This document shows positions 38,803 to 52,705 of a stretch of DNA of 64,000 nt, piece by piece. The notes under the pieces were generated by a model. That model searched no databases, was not told where the DNA came from, and saw only the letters and a program-made list of their open reading frames with translations. The stretch lies in contig CP110439.1 of the NCBI GenBank assembly GCA_026914245.1, positions 5,518,001 to 5,582,000 of the forward strand. Direction: 5' to 3'. Position 1 is the first letter of the stretch, and the number at the start of each line of letters is the position of its first letter. The translations under genes were made by a program, and so were the position numbers. Origin of the DNA: Puccinia triticina (lineage: Eukaryota).

Positions 38803-41800
38803 GGAGTGTGCTTTGGCACGCTCCTAATAACGGAGTGTGCTTTGGCACACTCCTCATAACGGAGTGTGCTTTGACGCACTTCTAATAACGGAGTGTGCTT
38901 TGGCACTAATAATGGAGTGTGCTTTGGCACACTACTAATAACGGAGTGTGCTTTGGCACACTCCTAATAACGGAGTGTGCTTTGGCACACTCCTAATAAC
39001 GGAGTGTGCTTTGGCACACTCCTAATAACGGAGTGTGCTTTGGCACACTCCTAATAACGGAGTGTGCTTTGGCACACTCCTAATAACGGAGTGTGCTTTG
39101 GCACACTCCTAATAACGGAGTGTGCTTTGGCACACTCCTAATAACGGAGTGTGCTTTGGCACACTCCTAATAACGGAGTGTGCTTTGGCACACTCCTAAT
39201 AACGGAGTGTGCTTTGGCACACTCCTAATAACGGAGTGTGCTTTGGCACACTCCTAATAACGGAGTGTGCTTTGGCACACTCCTAATAACGGAGTGTGCT
39301 TTGGCACACTCCTAATAACGGAGTGTGCTTTGGCACACTCCTAATAACGGAGTGTGCTTTGGCACACTCCTAATAACGGAGTGTGCTTTGGCACACTCCT
39401 AATAACGGAGTGTGCTTTGGCACACTCCTAATAACGGAGTGTGCTTTGGCACACTCCTAATAACGGAGTGTGCTTTGGCACACTCCTAATAACGGAGTGT
39501 GCTTTGGCACACTCCTAATAACGGAGTGTGCTTTGGCACACTCCTAATAACGGAGTGTGCTTTGGCACACTCCTAATAACGGAGTGTGCTTTGGCACACT
39601 CCTAATAACGGAGTGTGCTTTGGCACACTCCTAATAACGGAGTGTGCTTTGGCACACTCCTAATAACGGAGTGTGCTTTGGCACACTCCTAATAACGGAG
39701 TGTGCTTTGGCACACTCCTAATAACGGAGTGTGCTTTGGCACACTCCTAATAACGGAGTGTGCTTTGGCACACTCCTAATAACGGAGTGTGCTTTGGCAC
39801 ACTCCTAATAACGGAGTGTGCTTTGGCACACTCCTAATAACGGAGTGTGCTTTGGCACACTCCTAATAACGGAGTGTGCTTTGGCACACTCCTAATAACG
39901 GAGTGTGCTTTGGCACACTCCTAATAACGGAGTGTGCTTTGGCACACTCCTAATAACGGAGTGTGCTTTGGCACACTCCTAATAACGGAGTGTGCTTTGG
40001 CACACTCCTAATAACGGAGTGTGCTTTGGCACACTCCTAATAACGGAGTGTGCTTTGGCACACTCCTAATAACGGAGTGTGCTTTGGCACACTCCTAATA
40101 ACGGAGTGTGCTTTGGCACACTCCTAATAACGGAGTGTGCTTTGGCACACTCCTAATAACGGAGTGTGCTTTGGCACACTCCTAATAACGGAGTGTGCTT
40201 TGGCACACTCCTAATAACGGAGTGTGCTTTGGCACACTCCTAATAACGGAGTGTGCTTTGGCACACTCCTAATAACGGAGTGTGCTTTGGCACACTCCTA
40301 ATAACGGAGTGTGCTTTGGCACACTCCTAATAACGGAGTGTGCTTTGGCACACTCCTAATAACGGAGTGTGCTTTGGCACACTCCTAATAACGGAGTGTG
40401 CTTTGGCACACTCCTAATAACGGAGTGTGCTTTGGCACACTCCTAATAACGGAGTGTGCTTTGGCACACTCCTAATAACGGAGTGTGCTTTGGCACACTC
40501 CTAATAACGGAGTGTGCTTTGGCACACTCCTAATAACGGAGTGTGCTTTGGCACACTCCTAATAACGGAGTGTGCTTTGGCACACTCCTAATAACGGAGT
40601 GTGCTTTGGCACACTCCTAATAACGGAGTGTGCTTTGGCACACTCCTAATAACGGAGTGTGCTTTGGCACACTCCTAATAACGGAGTGTGCTTTGGCACA
40701 CTCCTAATAACGGAGTGTGCTTTGGCACACTCCTAATAACGGAGTGTGCTTTGGCACACTCCTAATAACGGAGTGTGCTTTGGCACACTCCTAATAACGG
40801 AGTGTGCTTTGGCACACTCCTAATAACGGAGTGTGCTTTGGCACACTCCTAATAACGGAGTGTGCTTTGGCACACTCCTAATAACGGAGTGTGCTTTGGC
40901 ACACTCCTAATAACGGAGTGTGCTTTGGCACACTCCTAATAACGGAGTGTGCTTTGGCACACTCCTAATAACGGAGTGTGCTTTGGCACACTCCTAATAA
41001 CGGAGTGTGCTTTGGCACACTCCTAATAACGGAGTGTGCTTTGGCACACTCCTAATAACGGAGTGTGCTTTGGCACACTCCTAATAACGGAGTGTGCTTT
41101 GGCACACTCCTAATAACGGAGTGTGCTTTGGCACACTCCTAATAACGGAGTGTGCTTTGGCACACTCCTAATAACGGAGTGTGCTTTGGCACACTCCTAA
41201 TAACGGAGTGTGCTTTGGCACACTCCTAATAACGGAGTGTGCTTTGGCACACTCCTAATAACGGAGTGTGCTTTGGCACACTCCTAATAACGGAGTGTGC
41301 TTTGGCACACTCCTAATAACGGAGTGTGCTTTGGCACACTCCTAATAACGGAGTGTGCTTTGGCACACTCCTAATAACGGAGTGTGCTTTGGCACACTCC
41401 TAATAACGGAGTGTGCTTTGGCACACTCCTAATAACGGAGTGTGCTTTGGCACACTCCTAATAACGGAGTGTGCTTTGGCACACTCCTAATAACGGAGTG
41501 TGCTTTGGCACACTCCTAATAACGGAGTGTGCTTTGGCACACTCCTAATAACGGAGTGTGCTTTGGCACACTCCTAATAACGGAGTGTGCTTTGGCACAC
41601 TCCTAATAACGGAGTGTGCTTTGGCACACTCCTAATAACGGAGTGTGCTTTGGCACACTCCTAATAACGGAGTGTGCTTTGGCACACTCCTAATAACGGA
41701 GTGTGCTTTGGCACACTCCTAATAACGGAGTGTGCTTTGGCACACTCCTAATAACGGAGTGTGCTTTGGCACACTCCTAATAACGGAGTGTGCTTTGGCA

Positions 41801-42183
41801 CACTCCTAATAACGGAGTGTGCTTTGGCACACTCCTAATAACGGAGTGTGCTTTGGCACACTCCTAATAACGGAGTGTGCTTTGGCACACTCCTAATAAC
41901 GGAGTGTGCTTTGGCACACTCCTAATAACGGAGTGTGCTTTGGCACACTCCTAATAACGGAGTGTGCTTTGGCACACTCCTAATAACGGAGTGTGCTTTG
42001 GCACACTCCTCATAACGGAGTGTGCTTTGGCACACTCCTAATAACGGAGTGTGCTTTGGCACACTCCTAATAACGGAGTGTGCTTTGGCACACTCCTAAT
42101 AACGGAGTGTGCTTTGGCACACTCCTAATAACAGAGTGTGCTTTGGCATATTCCTAATAACGGAGTGTGCTTTGGCACACTCC
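38803..42183 (+). repeat. 29-bp hairpin satellite array 1 (~117 units, linker TAATAAC)
   Basis: (GGAGTGTGCTTTGGCACACTCCTAATAAC)n; variant units only near the two ends. Confidence 0.99.
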
Positions 42184-42977
42184 TATTGAAGGGTGCAAAG
42201 GTTTGTATCCGTCTTCTCAGTCTCCGGCCCAGTCGCTCATGCTGCACGTGTGGCAGGCGCTGCCATTTCCGAGTTAGTTAGTGGGTCCAAGTCTACAAGG
42301 AAACGAGTTGGCCTAGCCGACAAAAGGGGAGTGGGAATGGACCCCCCCCCCCCTGCTAGCCCGTGCACCCACGCAGCCAAACCTAGCCCCCCACACTCAC
42401 ACGTTAGGGGGTCTGGGTAGCCGCTCTGCAGACCGTCTACTAAGGGCTTGCCTATGAAAGGGGGGGGGGCTTCACTACCCTACCCCAGCACCCCAACAGA
42501 GGCATCTCTTAATTTGATTTTTTTTGCTCTGATACATTTGTGAAACCCCCACCAGACAATTAAACCCCTCCAGCGCCTCAAATCTCCCCCAGAGAATCAT
42601 ACCCTTTATTGCCTAATTGGATTTTCATTGTTGATAATAAATTTGTAATATCCCAGCCACCCACCAGACATGCCCTTGATACCCCTGCCCCCCCTCACTT
42701 GTACACCACCTCACCCCCCAAACACAAGGTGCAATACCGTGGGAAATTGAATGTCTTTGTTCAAAAGCTGAAGAGGTAAATTACTCCTTCCTCTTTGACT
42801 TCCCCATTCCACTGACTTACACATATGTGCTCTGATCAATGTAGCCTGGTGGATGATCAATCAGCCGTTGAGTGGGACGCCACAGACCCTCACCTACTCC
42901 ACGTTAAGGACAAGACACTGCTTGCTACGCTGCTCAAAGGCCTTTTTACGGAGCAGAAGAAACCATACGCATGATTC

Positions 42978-45900
42978 TGATAAACTTTTGCTAAATAGAA
43001 TTTGAATGTTTAGTAAGAAAAACAATGGAAAAATGAGAATGAACCACAAAAGCGATTTACCTAAATAGAACAGGAACAAATCCTGATGAGAACAATAAAG
43101 ATAAAATATAATATCCACCACAATCACAAACACTAGGACTGGGGCTAAGTAAATAAATAAATAGGGTTAGACTTTCTGAAACAATGGTCAACAAGACAAA
43201 AAAGTAAGAGAAACATGAGGATAAGAACCTAGTGATTAGCCGGCCTAGATTGGTGAACTCGACAAAGGATCCGCGGATTAAGATTCAAGATGAAAAGTTG
43301 ATGAACCGCAGGATTCAATGGAGTTGTCGAGATGAGGAAAAGAACTTGGATGAACGGTCAACAGCTCCAGAAGGGGGATGGTCAAAAGCTCCAAAAATGG
43401 AGTGTTGACACTGGAGACCTTGACGTCATGGCGCACGCCCTCATCGCACATATAGAAAAAGAAATTCCGCCAGGTAAACCGCTAGAATTCAACACACCCA
43501 TGCACCAAGCCCGTTAGGGAGGAGGCATACCAGCTCTTAACACTTGTAGTACCTTGAAAATTGATGACTGTCCAACTGATTTTGTTAGGAAGTCGGCCAA
43601 CATCAAGTGTGTGCGTTTGAACACTAGACTGATTGTTTCGGCTATGATCTCCGCGCGCACAAAATGATAGCATAAATTCATGTGCTTTGTTTTGAAGGCG
43701 GAGTGATTGGCTTTGTTGTTTGCCAGCATAATTGCCCCCTGATTATCCTCAAAGATTTTAAAAGGCGAAGTGATTTGAATTTTCAAAGCAGAGTTGACGA
43801 CCATTTTCAACCAGAGTAATTCTTTTGCAACTTCTGTAATGGCAATATATTCAGCTTCAGTTGAGGATAGAGAAATTGTCAACTGTTTCTTAGAGCGCCA
43901 TGAGATAAGATTATCGTTCCATAGAATTAAGTACCCCGTAGTTGATTTACCGGTAATTTGACAGCTTGCCCAGCTGGCATCAACGTAAGAAATAAAATTG
44001 GATTGATTGATTGGTGTCTTACAAAGATTTACGCCAAAATCCTTGGAGCCCTTCAGGTATTGTAAACAGTGTATTGCAGCATTCCAATGAAGGATTCCAG
44101 GTGACTTTATAAACTGAGAGAGACATCCAAAAGTGAATGTTATGTTGGGCCGAGTAGTTACACTTAAGTAATTTAGTGCTCCAACAAGACCGCAATATCA
44201 AACATTCAGCTTGTTGAGCTCTTTGATTTCAGACTTTGAAGCCTTCACAAGACACGAATTTGGTTTCATTGGAGTGGCCAACGGAACAAGAGTCTCACAG
44301 CCGTATTTCAGTAGAGTTTCTTCTATGTAGTGAGTTTGCGTTAGATGAACGGATTCTGGCGATTGAGTGACCTTCATGCCCAAGAGATGCATAGCACTAC
44401 CAAGATCTTTAATCTTGAAACGTTTACAAATGAGGTCTTTGAAGATTTCTGGTTCTCAACTAAAAATAGTGATATCATCAACATGCACGTAGGACCATGT
44501 ATTAGATGACCAGAAAACGCAGGGCTCGGCATAAATTTGGTTGAATCCAACAGACAAAAGCCACAAGGAAAGCGTAAGATGCCATTCCTTGGGAGCTTGT
44601 TTAAGTCCATAAAGCGCCTTTTTCAACAATAAAATTTTGCCGGGTGGTACATTGAATCCTTGAGGAGGATTAAGCGTGATCCGTTCTCGTATAGGAGCGT
44701 TGAGAAAAGCACACTTCACATCAATCTGATGGAACTGAAGATCATTTTGAAGAGCAAAGGTGATGAGTACTTGTAATGAGACTAGTTTCCCCATTGGTGC
44801 AAAGGTGAAGCAATAGTCTTTACCAAAAACTTCTTTAAAGCCTTGGACGCAGATTCTTGCTTTATATTCCTCAGACTGATTTGAGGATTCTGGTTTGATT
44901 TTAAAAACCCAGGTGCAATTTAGAGGTTTATCTTTGGAGCTTTTATCGATTACGTCCCAAACATCATAACTCTCCATGTTCGTCTTTTCTTTGTAGAGAG
45001 CCATCATCCATTTTTCTTTGTCCGCTCTTTCCATAACTTCATCGTAGGATAATGTCTCATTTTCGGAAGACATTTGGCGTTGTTTGTTGTTACCCCCCTC
45101 CAACGATGAGAAAAAATATTTTCAGATGATATATCTCCGATGATTTCATTTGAAGGACAAACGTCATCTTCAGAAATTGAGCGTAAGACTTCTTGATCCG
45201 GATAAGGCTCAAAGATTTCTTCAGTTTCTTCATCCAAATCTGGAATGATTTCAAAAGGATTAAAGAAGAAACTGGACTGATCCAGACTTTCTTTTGCCAG
45301 CGAAGGGAAAACAGTTTCGTCGAACACTACATTTCTGCTAGTGCAAAAGGTTTTTGATTCTATTCTGACAAAACAATAGGTTGAGAAGTCGTTTGCGTAA
45401 CCTAGAAAGATAGCTTTCTCTGATCTGGGATTGAGTTTATTGACACGCAAGGCCTCAGGAATTAATAGGTATCCCAAACACCCGAATGGACAAAGTTAGA
45501 TCTAGAGAGATCTGGCTTCTTATTTAAGAAGGATTCGTACGGTATTTTGAAGTCCCACATGCTTGAAGGCAATGGGTTACATAGGTCTGTAGCCGTTACT
45601 ATGGCTTCTGCCCAAAAAAAAGGGGACAGGTTTGCCTGAGCAAAAAGACACCTTGATTTATCTAGGATTGCACAATTGGAACGTTTGGCAACCCCGTTAT
45701 TTTCAGGTGTGTAGGCAGGCGCAAAGTGTTGACTAATGCCACGGTTTTGGCAAAATTCTTCAAAGAAAATATTCCTGAATTTGCCGCCGTTATCAGAAAC
45801 GATGCGCTTGACCGTCTTGCCTGTTTGATTTTTGGCCCAAAGAACAAATTCTTTGAACTTGTTTAGGGTTTTGGACTTATGTTTTAAGAGCTTGACACTC

Positions 45901-47989
45901 TTAAATCCAGACTGTTGATCAACAATTGTCAGGAAGTATTGAGCACCAGCAACTGACCGAGTTTGGAATGGTCCAACCAAATCTAGGTGTATAGCTTCCA
46001 GAATCTCGGATGTTGGAGTAAAGGAGCCCTTGAACGGCTTCTTCACTCCTTTACACATCTTGCAAGTTTTGCAATTGGTATCCTCACAAGACGGTATGAT
46101 CCGTTTAAGGTAAGAGAAACTGGGATGTCCAAGTCTTGCGTGCCAGTCAAGAGGTTTGACGGCCGAGTTGTACAAGGAAACAGATGATTTCATTTCAAAG
46201 GGATTCGATAACTCTAAGATGTTGTTGTTAATGGTACTGGAGAAACTAAATTTCTCATTGAAGTTAATTTTAAAGCTACTCAAATCTTTAGAGAGAGAAG
46301 TGATTTTATTAAATAGTCGCTTCATAGAAATTAATGGTCTATGAAGAGTGGGGGCGTAGAGAACATTGTCGAGCTTAACACAAGCTCCAGAGTCGTCCAA
46401 AATTATAACCTCCCCAAGAGCAATAGCGTTTACTTGATGGTTTTGATTACCCGTGTAAATTTTTACATCGACGTCCTTGAGTTTTGTAAACATGGTCAAA
46501 TCGTTAATCATGTGATGAGATGCCCCCGAATCAAGAACGGGAGAGGAGCCACCGTTTGACAAATTGTTGATAAACGCCGACGCTTTGATTACATCGTACT
46601 CATTATCGATAGAATTGTTGTCGGAAGCTTCAGCCAAGACCAAATGAGCCTCTGGATCGGCTGGTCTTAATGCGTCTCGCTTGGCAGCTGACAAATTGAA
46701 ACATCACCAAGCGGGATGATAAGCCAATGGATTATGCTTCCCGGGAGAGCACGGATGAGCGGGTTTTGGTCTTTTGGATTTATTGGCAGCTTTGGACTTA
46801 TAGGCAGAAACTGAATCCTTTTTGACTTTGACGCTTGATTTGGTTTTAAAGGTGGAGGCTACAACTCGTGTTTCTTTCATGTACACAAGTTCTTGAAGCT
46901 TTTGTAGAGTACGGCTAGGAAAGAAGATTACCGACTCGTTTAAGATAAGATTGTCGACCACGTTCCAATAATCTATAGTTAATTTCCCAAGGACTGAAAT
47001 CGAGATGATGTCATCGGGAATTCCAAGTTGGACAATGGCGAATTCACAAATCATCTTTTGGCAGTCAAGGAGATAGTTCTTTAAGTCCCCACCATACTCG
47101 TATTGCATAAATTTTAGCCAGATTTGAGCTTTGTTATTGACCAAAGATGAGGATAGCAGTCCAAATCTCCTTGGGCTTGTCCTTGTTTTTGGTTGTCACA
47201 ACGGCTTGTAACCCAACCTCACTGAGATGACTGATGAGGATGTTTGCGCAAGATTTGACCTTTTTCTTGCTAGGAGCCAAAGTGCCTTCACCCGTGACGA
47301 CTTCCCAAAGGTCCTTACTTTTTAGGTATGTTCTCATTCTTATTGACCACGTCGGGTAATTGAGATCATTGAGTTTTCTGATCAAAGATCAGCTGGATTT
47401 ATCCTTGACATCTACGTCCGACATATTGTGGTTCGTTCCTGTTCTTCGGAGCTACCGTACTGATAATGTGATAAACTTTGGCTAAATAGAATTTGAATTT
47501 TTAGTAAGAAAAACAATGGAAAAATGAGAATGAACTACAAAAGAGATTTACCTAAATAGAACAGGAACAAATCCTGATGAGAACAATAAAGATAAAATAT
47601 AATATCCACCACAATCACAAACACTAGGACTGGGGCTAAGTAAATAAATAAATAAATAGGGTTAGACTTTCTGAAACAATGGTCAACAAGACAAAAAAGT
47701 AAGAGAAACATGAGGATAAGAACCTAGTGATTAGCCGGCCTAGATTGGTGACCTCGATGAAGGGTCCGCGGATTAAGATTGAAGATGAAAAGTTGATGAA
47801 CCGCAGGATTTGATGGAGTTCTCGAGATGAGGAAAAGAACTCGGATGAATGGTCAACAGCTCCAGAAGGGGGATGGTCAACAGCTCCAAAAATGGAGTGT
47901 TGACACTGGAGACCTTGACGTCATGGCGCACGCCCTTGTTGCACATATAGAAAAAGAAATTCCGCCAGGTAAACCGCTAGAATTCAACA
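42978..47989 (-). mobile_element. Full-length degenerate Copia element; LTRs 42978-43494 and 47469-47989
   Basis: ~520-bp TG..CA LTRs, TSD GATTC, empty site near 38331. Fragments VLDSGASHHM, WHARLGHP, IHLDLVGP, SDNGG, LYGLKQAP, VHVDD and SSTEAEY, with many stops. Confidence 0.96.
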
Positions 47990-48462
47990 GATTCCACACC
48001 AGGATGCAGACGTATGGATTTGTGGTAGTTATGCAATGAGACACAAACAACTGGAATCACGAAAGGGTCACTTTCTTTCACCAAAACCTCAACTGGGACA
48101 AACCCTCATCTTGGAACAGGATTTGGCACACTCCTCACTCTTCTTGCCGCACTTGATTTTTTATCTGTTTTTACCTGTGATCCCTCCTGTTGTCTTTTGA
48201 ACCTTTCACTCCTGTGACTTTATCTATCATTCCCTGTGGGACCTTAATTTCTTTTGTTGAGTTTCAACCCTTTCTGCCTGCACTTTACTTTTTATGCTTT
48301 TTCTATATTATGTGCATCTTTCAGATTGCCCCTTTACGTACATGGGGCAGTTGGCATAGCTTGGAAGCAGTGATTGTCCTGCTTCCACTAATGAAGCCAA
48401 CCATCCTTCCTCACAAAACCCCAACTGCCCTGCATTTGCATGGCAGCCCAACTCCTATTAAC

Positions 48463-48687
48463 GGAGTGTGCTTTGGCACACTCCTAATAACGGAGTGTGC
48501 TTTGGCACACTCCTAATAACGGAGTGTGCTTTGGCACACTCCTAATAACGGAGTGTGCTTTGGCACACTCCTAATAACGGAGTGTGCTTTGGCACACTCC
48601 TAATAACGGAGTGTGCTTTGGCACACTCCTAATAACGGAGTGTGCTTTGGCACACTCCTAATAACGGAGTGTGCTTTGGCACACTCC
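48463..48687 (+). repeat. 29-bp hairpin satellite array 2 (8 units)
   Basis: Same unit and linker as array 1. Confidence 0.98.
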
Positions 48688-48694
48688 TATTACA

Positions 48695-49610
48695 GAGTGT
48701 GTATTACAAGGGCTTTGGCAAATTACACTTGCTTGCAGAATCTTTGGTCAATTCTTTCAATCAATACATCAAGCTCAAGCCCACTCATGATACCAACCCA
48801 GCCATTGCCTCCCAAAACAACTTCATGGACAGTGGAAGCTACATGCTTGGAAAGATCAAGGTTCTTGAGCCAGGCACCTGTGGATCTGGTTCAACCTCAA
48901 AATACGGAGAAGTCCTAATCATCTTGGAGAAGAAGATCAGGGAGACTCTGATGTATTGCCTGATGATGCAGCAGTCAAATTTCACCAAGCAAATTGAATT
49001 GGGCATCTACAAGAAGATTGAACCCAATCCGGATGCTTTGGTGTCCATGAAGATGTCAGAAGGTGATTGGGGCCGCAGCCTTTTCCAGCATGGCAATACC
49101 CATGCAAAATCAATAGCTGAGATCAAGGATTGGGGCAAGCAACATCTGGAGATGTTTGGTTCAATGGCCACATTCTTCCTGTATGGTGCGGCTGGATGGT
49201 GATTTTTCCTGGACAACAACCACCACTTCAATTCAAAGTACATCTGGTCCTTTACCAAATTGGCTCAGAAACAGGCAAGGCAGCTCTATCCTGGTGGCCT
49301 TCATACCCAGAGACGTGGCAAAGATACTCCATGGTATACTATAGACAGCTTTGTGCGGTGGCTCTTGTGTAGGGCCAAGTTTCACCAGGTCAACACCAAC
49401 GTGGATCACATGAAGGAGACAACAAAGTTCTGGGATCAATATCTGACACAATCCAACATTGCTTGATTTACCTTTGAAGACATTATGGCCAAGACTCTCC
49501 AATCTGAGCCCACTTTGACCCTGACTTGAAGTAGCCAACCTGCTCGACTGGTAAAACTGGACGACAAGGAGGAGGCTGAATTGGCAGCAGCCATGGAGGG
49601 GCTCCTTGAA
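48695..49610 (+). pseudogene. ~300-codon coding remnant of unknown family between satellite units
   Basis: One protein-like frame (ORFs 48642-49202, 49260-49466, 49581-) broken by in-frame TGA stops. No recognisable motif. Confidence 0.55.
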
Positions 49611-49614
49611 TTAC

Positions 49615-49704
49615 GGAGTTTGCTTTGGCACACTCCTAGAAAGGAGGCCAAAGCACACTCCTATTACGGAGTGTGCTTTGGCACACTCCTATTACAGAGT
49701 GTGC
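49615..49704 (+). repeat. Small rearranged cluster of satellite units (~2.5, one inverted half)
   Basis: GGAGTTTGCTTTGGCACACTCC, GCCAAAGCACACTCC and an exact unit with TATTAC linkers. Confidence 0.9.
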
Positions 49705-51771
49705 CAGTGGGTGGAGTGGCAGCCAGGGGTGGGCTGGCGCCAAGTGGGTTGCTGCTGCATATTTGTGAGCCTGAGTCTCTATAGTGACAGCAGGACACAA
49801 GAGAAAAGGGGGGAATATTTGGATTTCTTTGGATAAAGAAAATACAAATATAAGAGAGAGAGAGAGAGAGAAAGAGACTGAGCAGATTCAATATTAAGAA
49901 GATATTCAAAGTTATTCTGGTGGGAATGCGCGTCCACTGGCAATGCTACCTCTTTAGAAGAGTGCTGCCAAGCTGTTCTAGAGAGTGCAACAGCCTCCTC
50001 TCACCAAAGAAACGTGGAGGGCCTCTGGATTTGACAAGTTTAATCCAGCCACAATTTTTTAGCTTCCTTCTGGATAGTCAAGGTTCTTTAAAGGGAAACT
50101 TATGTGGTTTTTTTGTTACAAAAACCACAGAAAAAGAAGGATACGATGCAGCAGAATCCTTAGGTTGATGATGTCAAGATAGATGCAGACCTGTGATCAA
50201 AGATTGGGCAAAAGCAAGCAGAAGGAGAGAGCAATCAAGAGACACAGAGTTCTACCTCTGAGATAGTCAAGGTTCAGTGAAAGAGTGATACTTACTGTCA
50301 ATATCCTAGGCGCCTGTGAAGGTAGACATATTGGGAGTGTGGTATCCTCTTTGGTGGTGATCCTGGGCTTACTGGGGGTGTGGTTCTGGGTGTCTGAAGT
50401 CTGTGAATCCTCCAGCTGCATGGGGGATCCTGACTTCAAAAATTTTCAAAGTTGGATGACATAATCACACATGTACATGTGGTTTGGAGCGCCTGGTAGC
50501 GCTTACACGTCATGGCTGTGCATGTGTGCCACAACTCAAGAACTCTATGAAGGAGTAGAGTTATTGGAAAGTGGTAAGTTGAAACTAGGGTTAAGATTAC
50601 ATAAGAAAACAGAATCTGAATTCAAATGAAGGTTAAACCTTAAGGTAAAAAAGATACAAAGTAATTTAGATATAATGGAGTAGAAAAAGGCAGACTTTAG
50701 GCCAGCTGCACTGGCTCTCAGGCTGACAATATTGGTGAGATGAGCATCCGCTTGCTCCAGCTGAGAAGCCCCCCGTCAAGGCAAGCAGCTCAAGGCGCTG
50801 GAAGACTTGAAACAAAGCAAAGTGCCCCGTCTATGTACACCGTTCTACCCACCCAGTTATAATCTCTTCGGCTTTCCCACAACAATTACTCCAGTACACG
50901 CGCTTTCTGTTGACGTGTCACATGTGTTTCCTTTTTTTTCTTTGTTTTTCAGTATGCTTTCCACCTTGTCATCTTTTCTTTCTCATTTCACAGTCTGTGA
51001 CACTCTATCTTGTATGTAGACTAGGTCAGTGGGCCAGGCACGGAAACTCTCTTCTTCATCCTTTCCGCATACTGTCCCTCCTGGCCTAGGTCAGTCTCTC
51101 TGTTTCTCTCTTTCCTTTCCTTCTCTTTTCTTCTCTCATTGTGCAATGAACTGATCCTTTCCGCGTACTGTCCCTCCTGGCCTAGTTCATTGCAACACTT
51201 TCGACCTGCCCGCCACGGGCGTCAGCAAGCAGGGCCACTCAGCACGTTGTCCCTGATCCTTGCGGCTTGCCGGGAGGTGATTTTGGGCAAGATCCCTGTG
51301 AGCAGAAGGAAAGTGCAGCGGAAAGCGTCCAAGTGCCCGCTGCAGGATGTTGGTTGCCCTTGAAGCACACACCTTTCCTGATTCCTCTGGCCGGAGGTGA
51401 GGAGTTGATGCAGCGCATCATCCACATAAATAGGGAGGTGATGTGGCAAGTGCCTCCCATCCCCTCCTCATCCGTCTTTCCCCTCCAATTTGCATATTTT
51501 GCACTGCTTCACCCTCCATATCCCGTCCTCCCGGACGTTCCCCATCCCTTCCGTGTGTTTCAAACCACTAGTACATCCACCTCTTTCTGGCCCTCAAACG
51601 CGACTGTAGGTCTTGATTATGAGATGCTGGCACCAGGAAAAAAAAAGTAGTCACTTCATGGCAAGTGACATGATGCAGCTTTGTTTTCAGCTGCAATGCT
51701 GCTCCTCTCCACCAGCACATCTACGGCTCACAGGACAGGTTTCAGGATCAAAGCACTCAATGTGACAAAAC

Positions 51772-52530
51772 CAGATGATGCTCAGCTTTGGCCCTGGCCC
51801 AGCTGATGCTCAGCTTTTACCCTGGTTCAGCTGATGCTCAGCCTTGGCTGTAGCTCAGCTGATTCTCAGCCTTGGCTGTAGCTCAGCTGATGCTCAGCCT
51901 TGGCTTTAACTCAGCTGATGCTCAGCCTTGGCCATAGCTCAGCTGATGCTCAGCCTTGGCCGTAGCTCAGCTGATGCTCAGCCTTGGCCGTAGCTCAGCT
52001 GATGCTCAGCCTTGGCTGTAGCTCAGCTGTTCATGCTCAGCCTTGGCTGTAGCTCAGCTGATGCTCAGCCTTGGCTGTAGCTCAGCTGTTCATGCTCAGC
52101 CTTGGCTGTAGCTCAGCTGATGCTCAGCTTTGGCCCTAGCCTAGCTGATTTTCAGCTCTGGTCCTGTCCAAGCTGATTCCCATTTTTTTCCCTGGTCTGG
52201 CTCGGCTGATCCTCAGAAAGCTGAGCATCAGCTGGCCAGCTTGCCCAGGACTGGTTCAAAGCTGAGCATCAGCTGGGACAGGACTAGGAAAAGGCTGAGC
52301 AAGGATAGGTAAAAAGCTTAGCATCAGCTGCATGACCAGGACTAGTATAAAGCTGAGCATCACCTGGGCTAGGACTTATCAAAAGGCTTTATTCAAATTC
52401 TGAGAGTGAGCTGCGTGAAAAAGCTGAGTATGAGCTGAGCAACAAAGCTGAGTATGAGCTGAGCAATAAAGCTGAGTATGAGCTGGGTACCAAAGCTGAG
52501 TATCAGCTGGACAGAACTGAGGATCAGTTG
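51772..52530. repeat. Foldback-like cluster: 28-bp tandem units followed by degenerate inverted units
   Basis: (CTCAGCTGATGCTCAGCCTTGGCTGTAG)n to ~52215, then GCTGAGCATCAGCTG-type units from ~52220. Confidence 0.85.
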
Positions 52531-52705
52531 GGCTCATCAAAAACGAAACAGGACCTCCTTGGGAAATTTTGGAAGTTGAAGGGATTGTTGGGAGATTGGG
52601 GTAGATAGTGGATAGATATTGGATAGATGGTGGGTAGCAGGCTGGAGCTGGTGTGATGTCACTTTTCATCAACTGACTATTTTATTTTCCTGGTGTGGTG
52701 GTGTT

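Larger units (their letters stand above)
37542..48687 (+). repeat. Head-to-tail duplication of a [1.26-kb block + hairpin array] module: 37542-42183 and 42188-48687
   Basis: 37542-38802 matches 42188-42977 plus 47995-48462. Each copy is followed by an array. Confidence 0.95.

Noticed and set aside
49615..49640. Helitron 3' end (hairpin plus CTAG)
   Set aside because: CTAG overlaps the stem end rather than lying ~10 nt downstream, it occurs in one degenerate unit only, and there is no Rep/helicase in the window.
51772..52140. Hammerhead ribozyme tandem (CTGATG motif)
   Set aside because: The motif is CTGATGCT, not CUGANGA, and no GAAA core partner follows.
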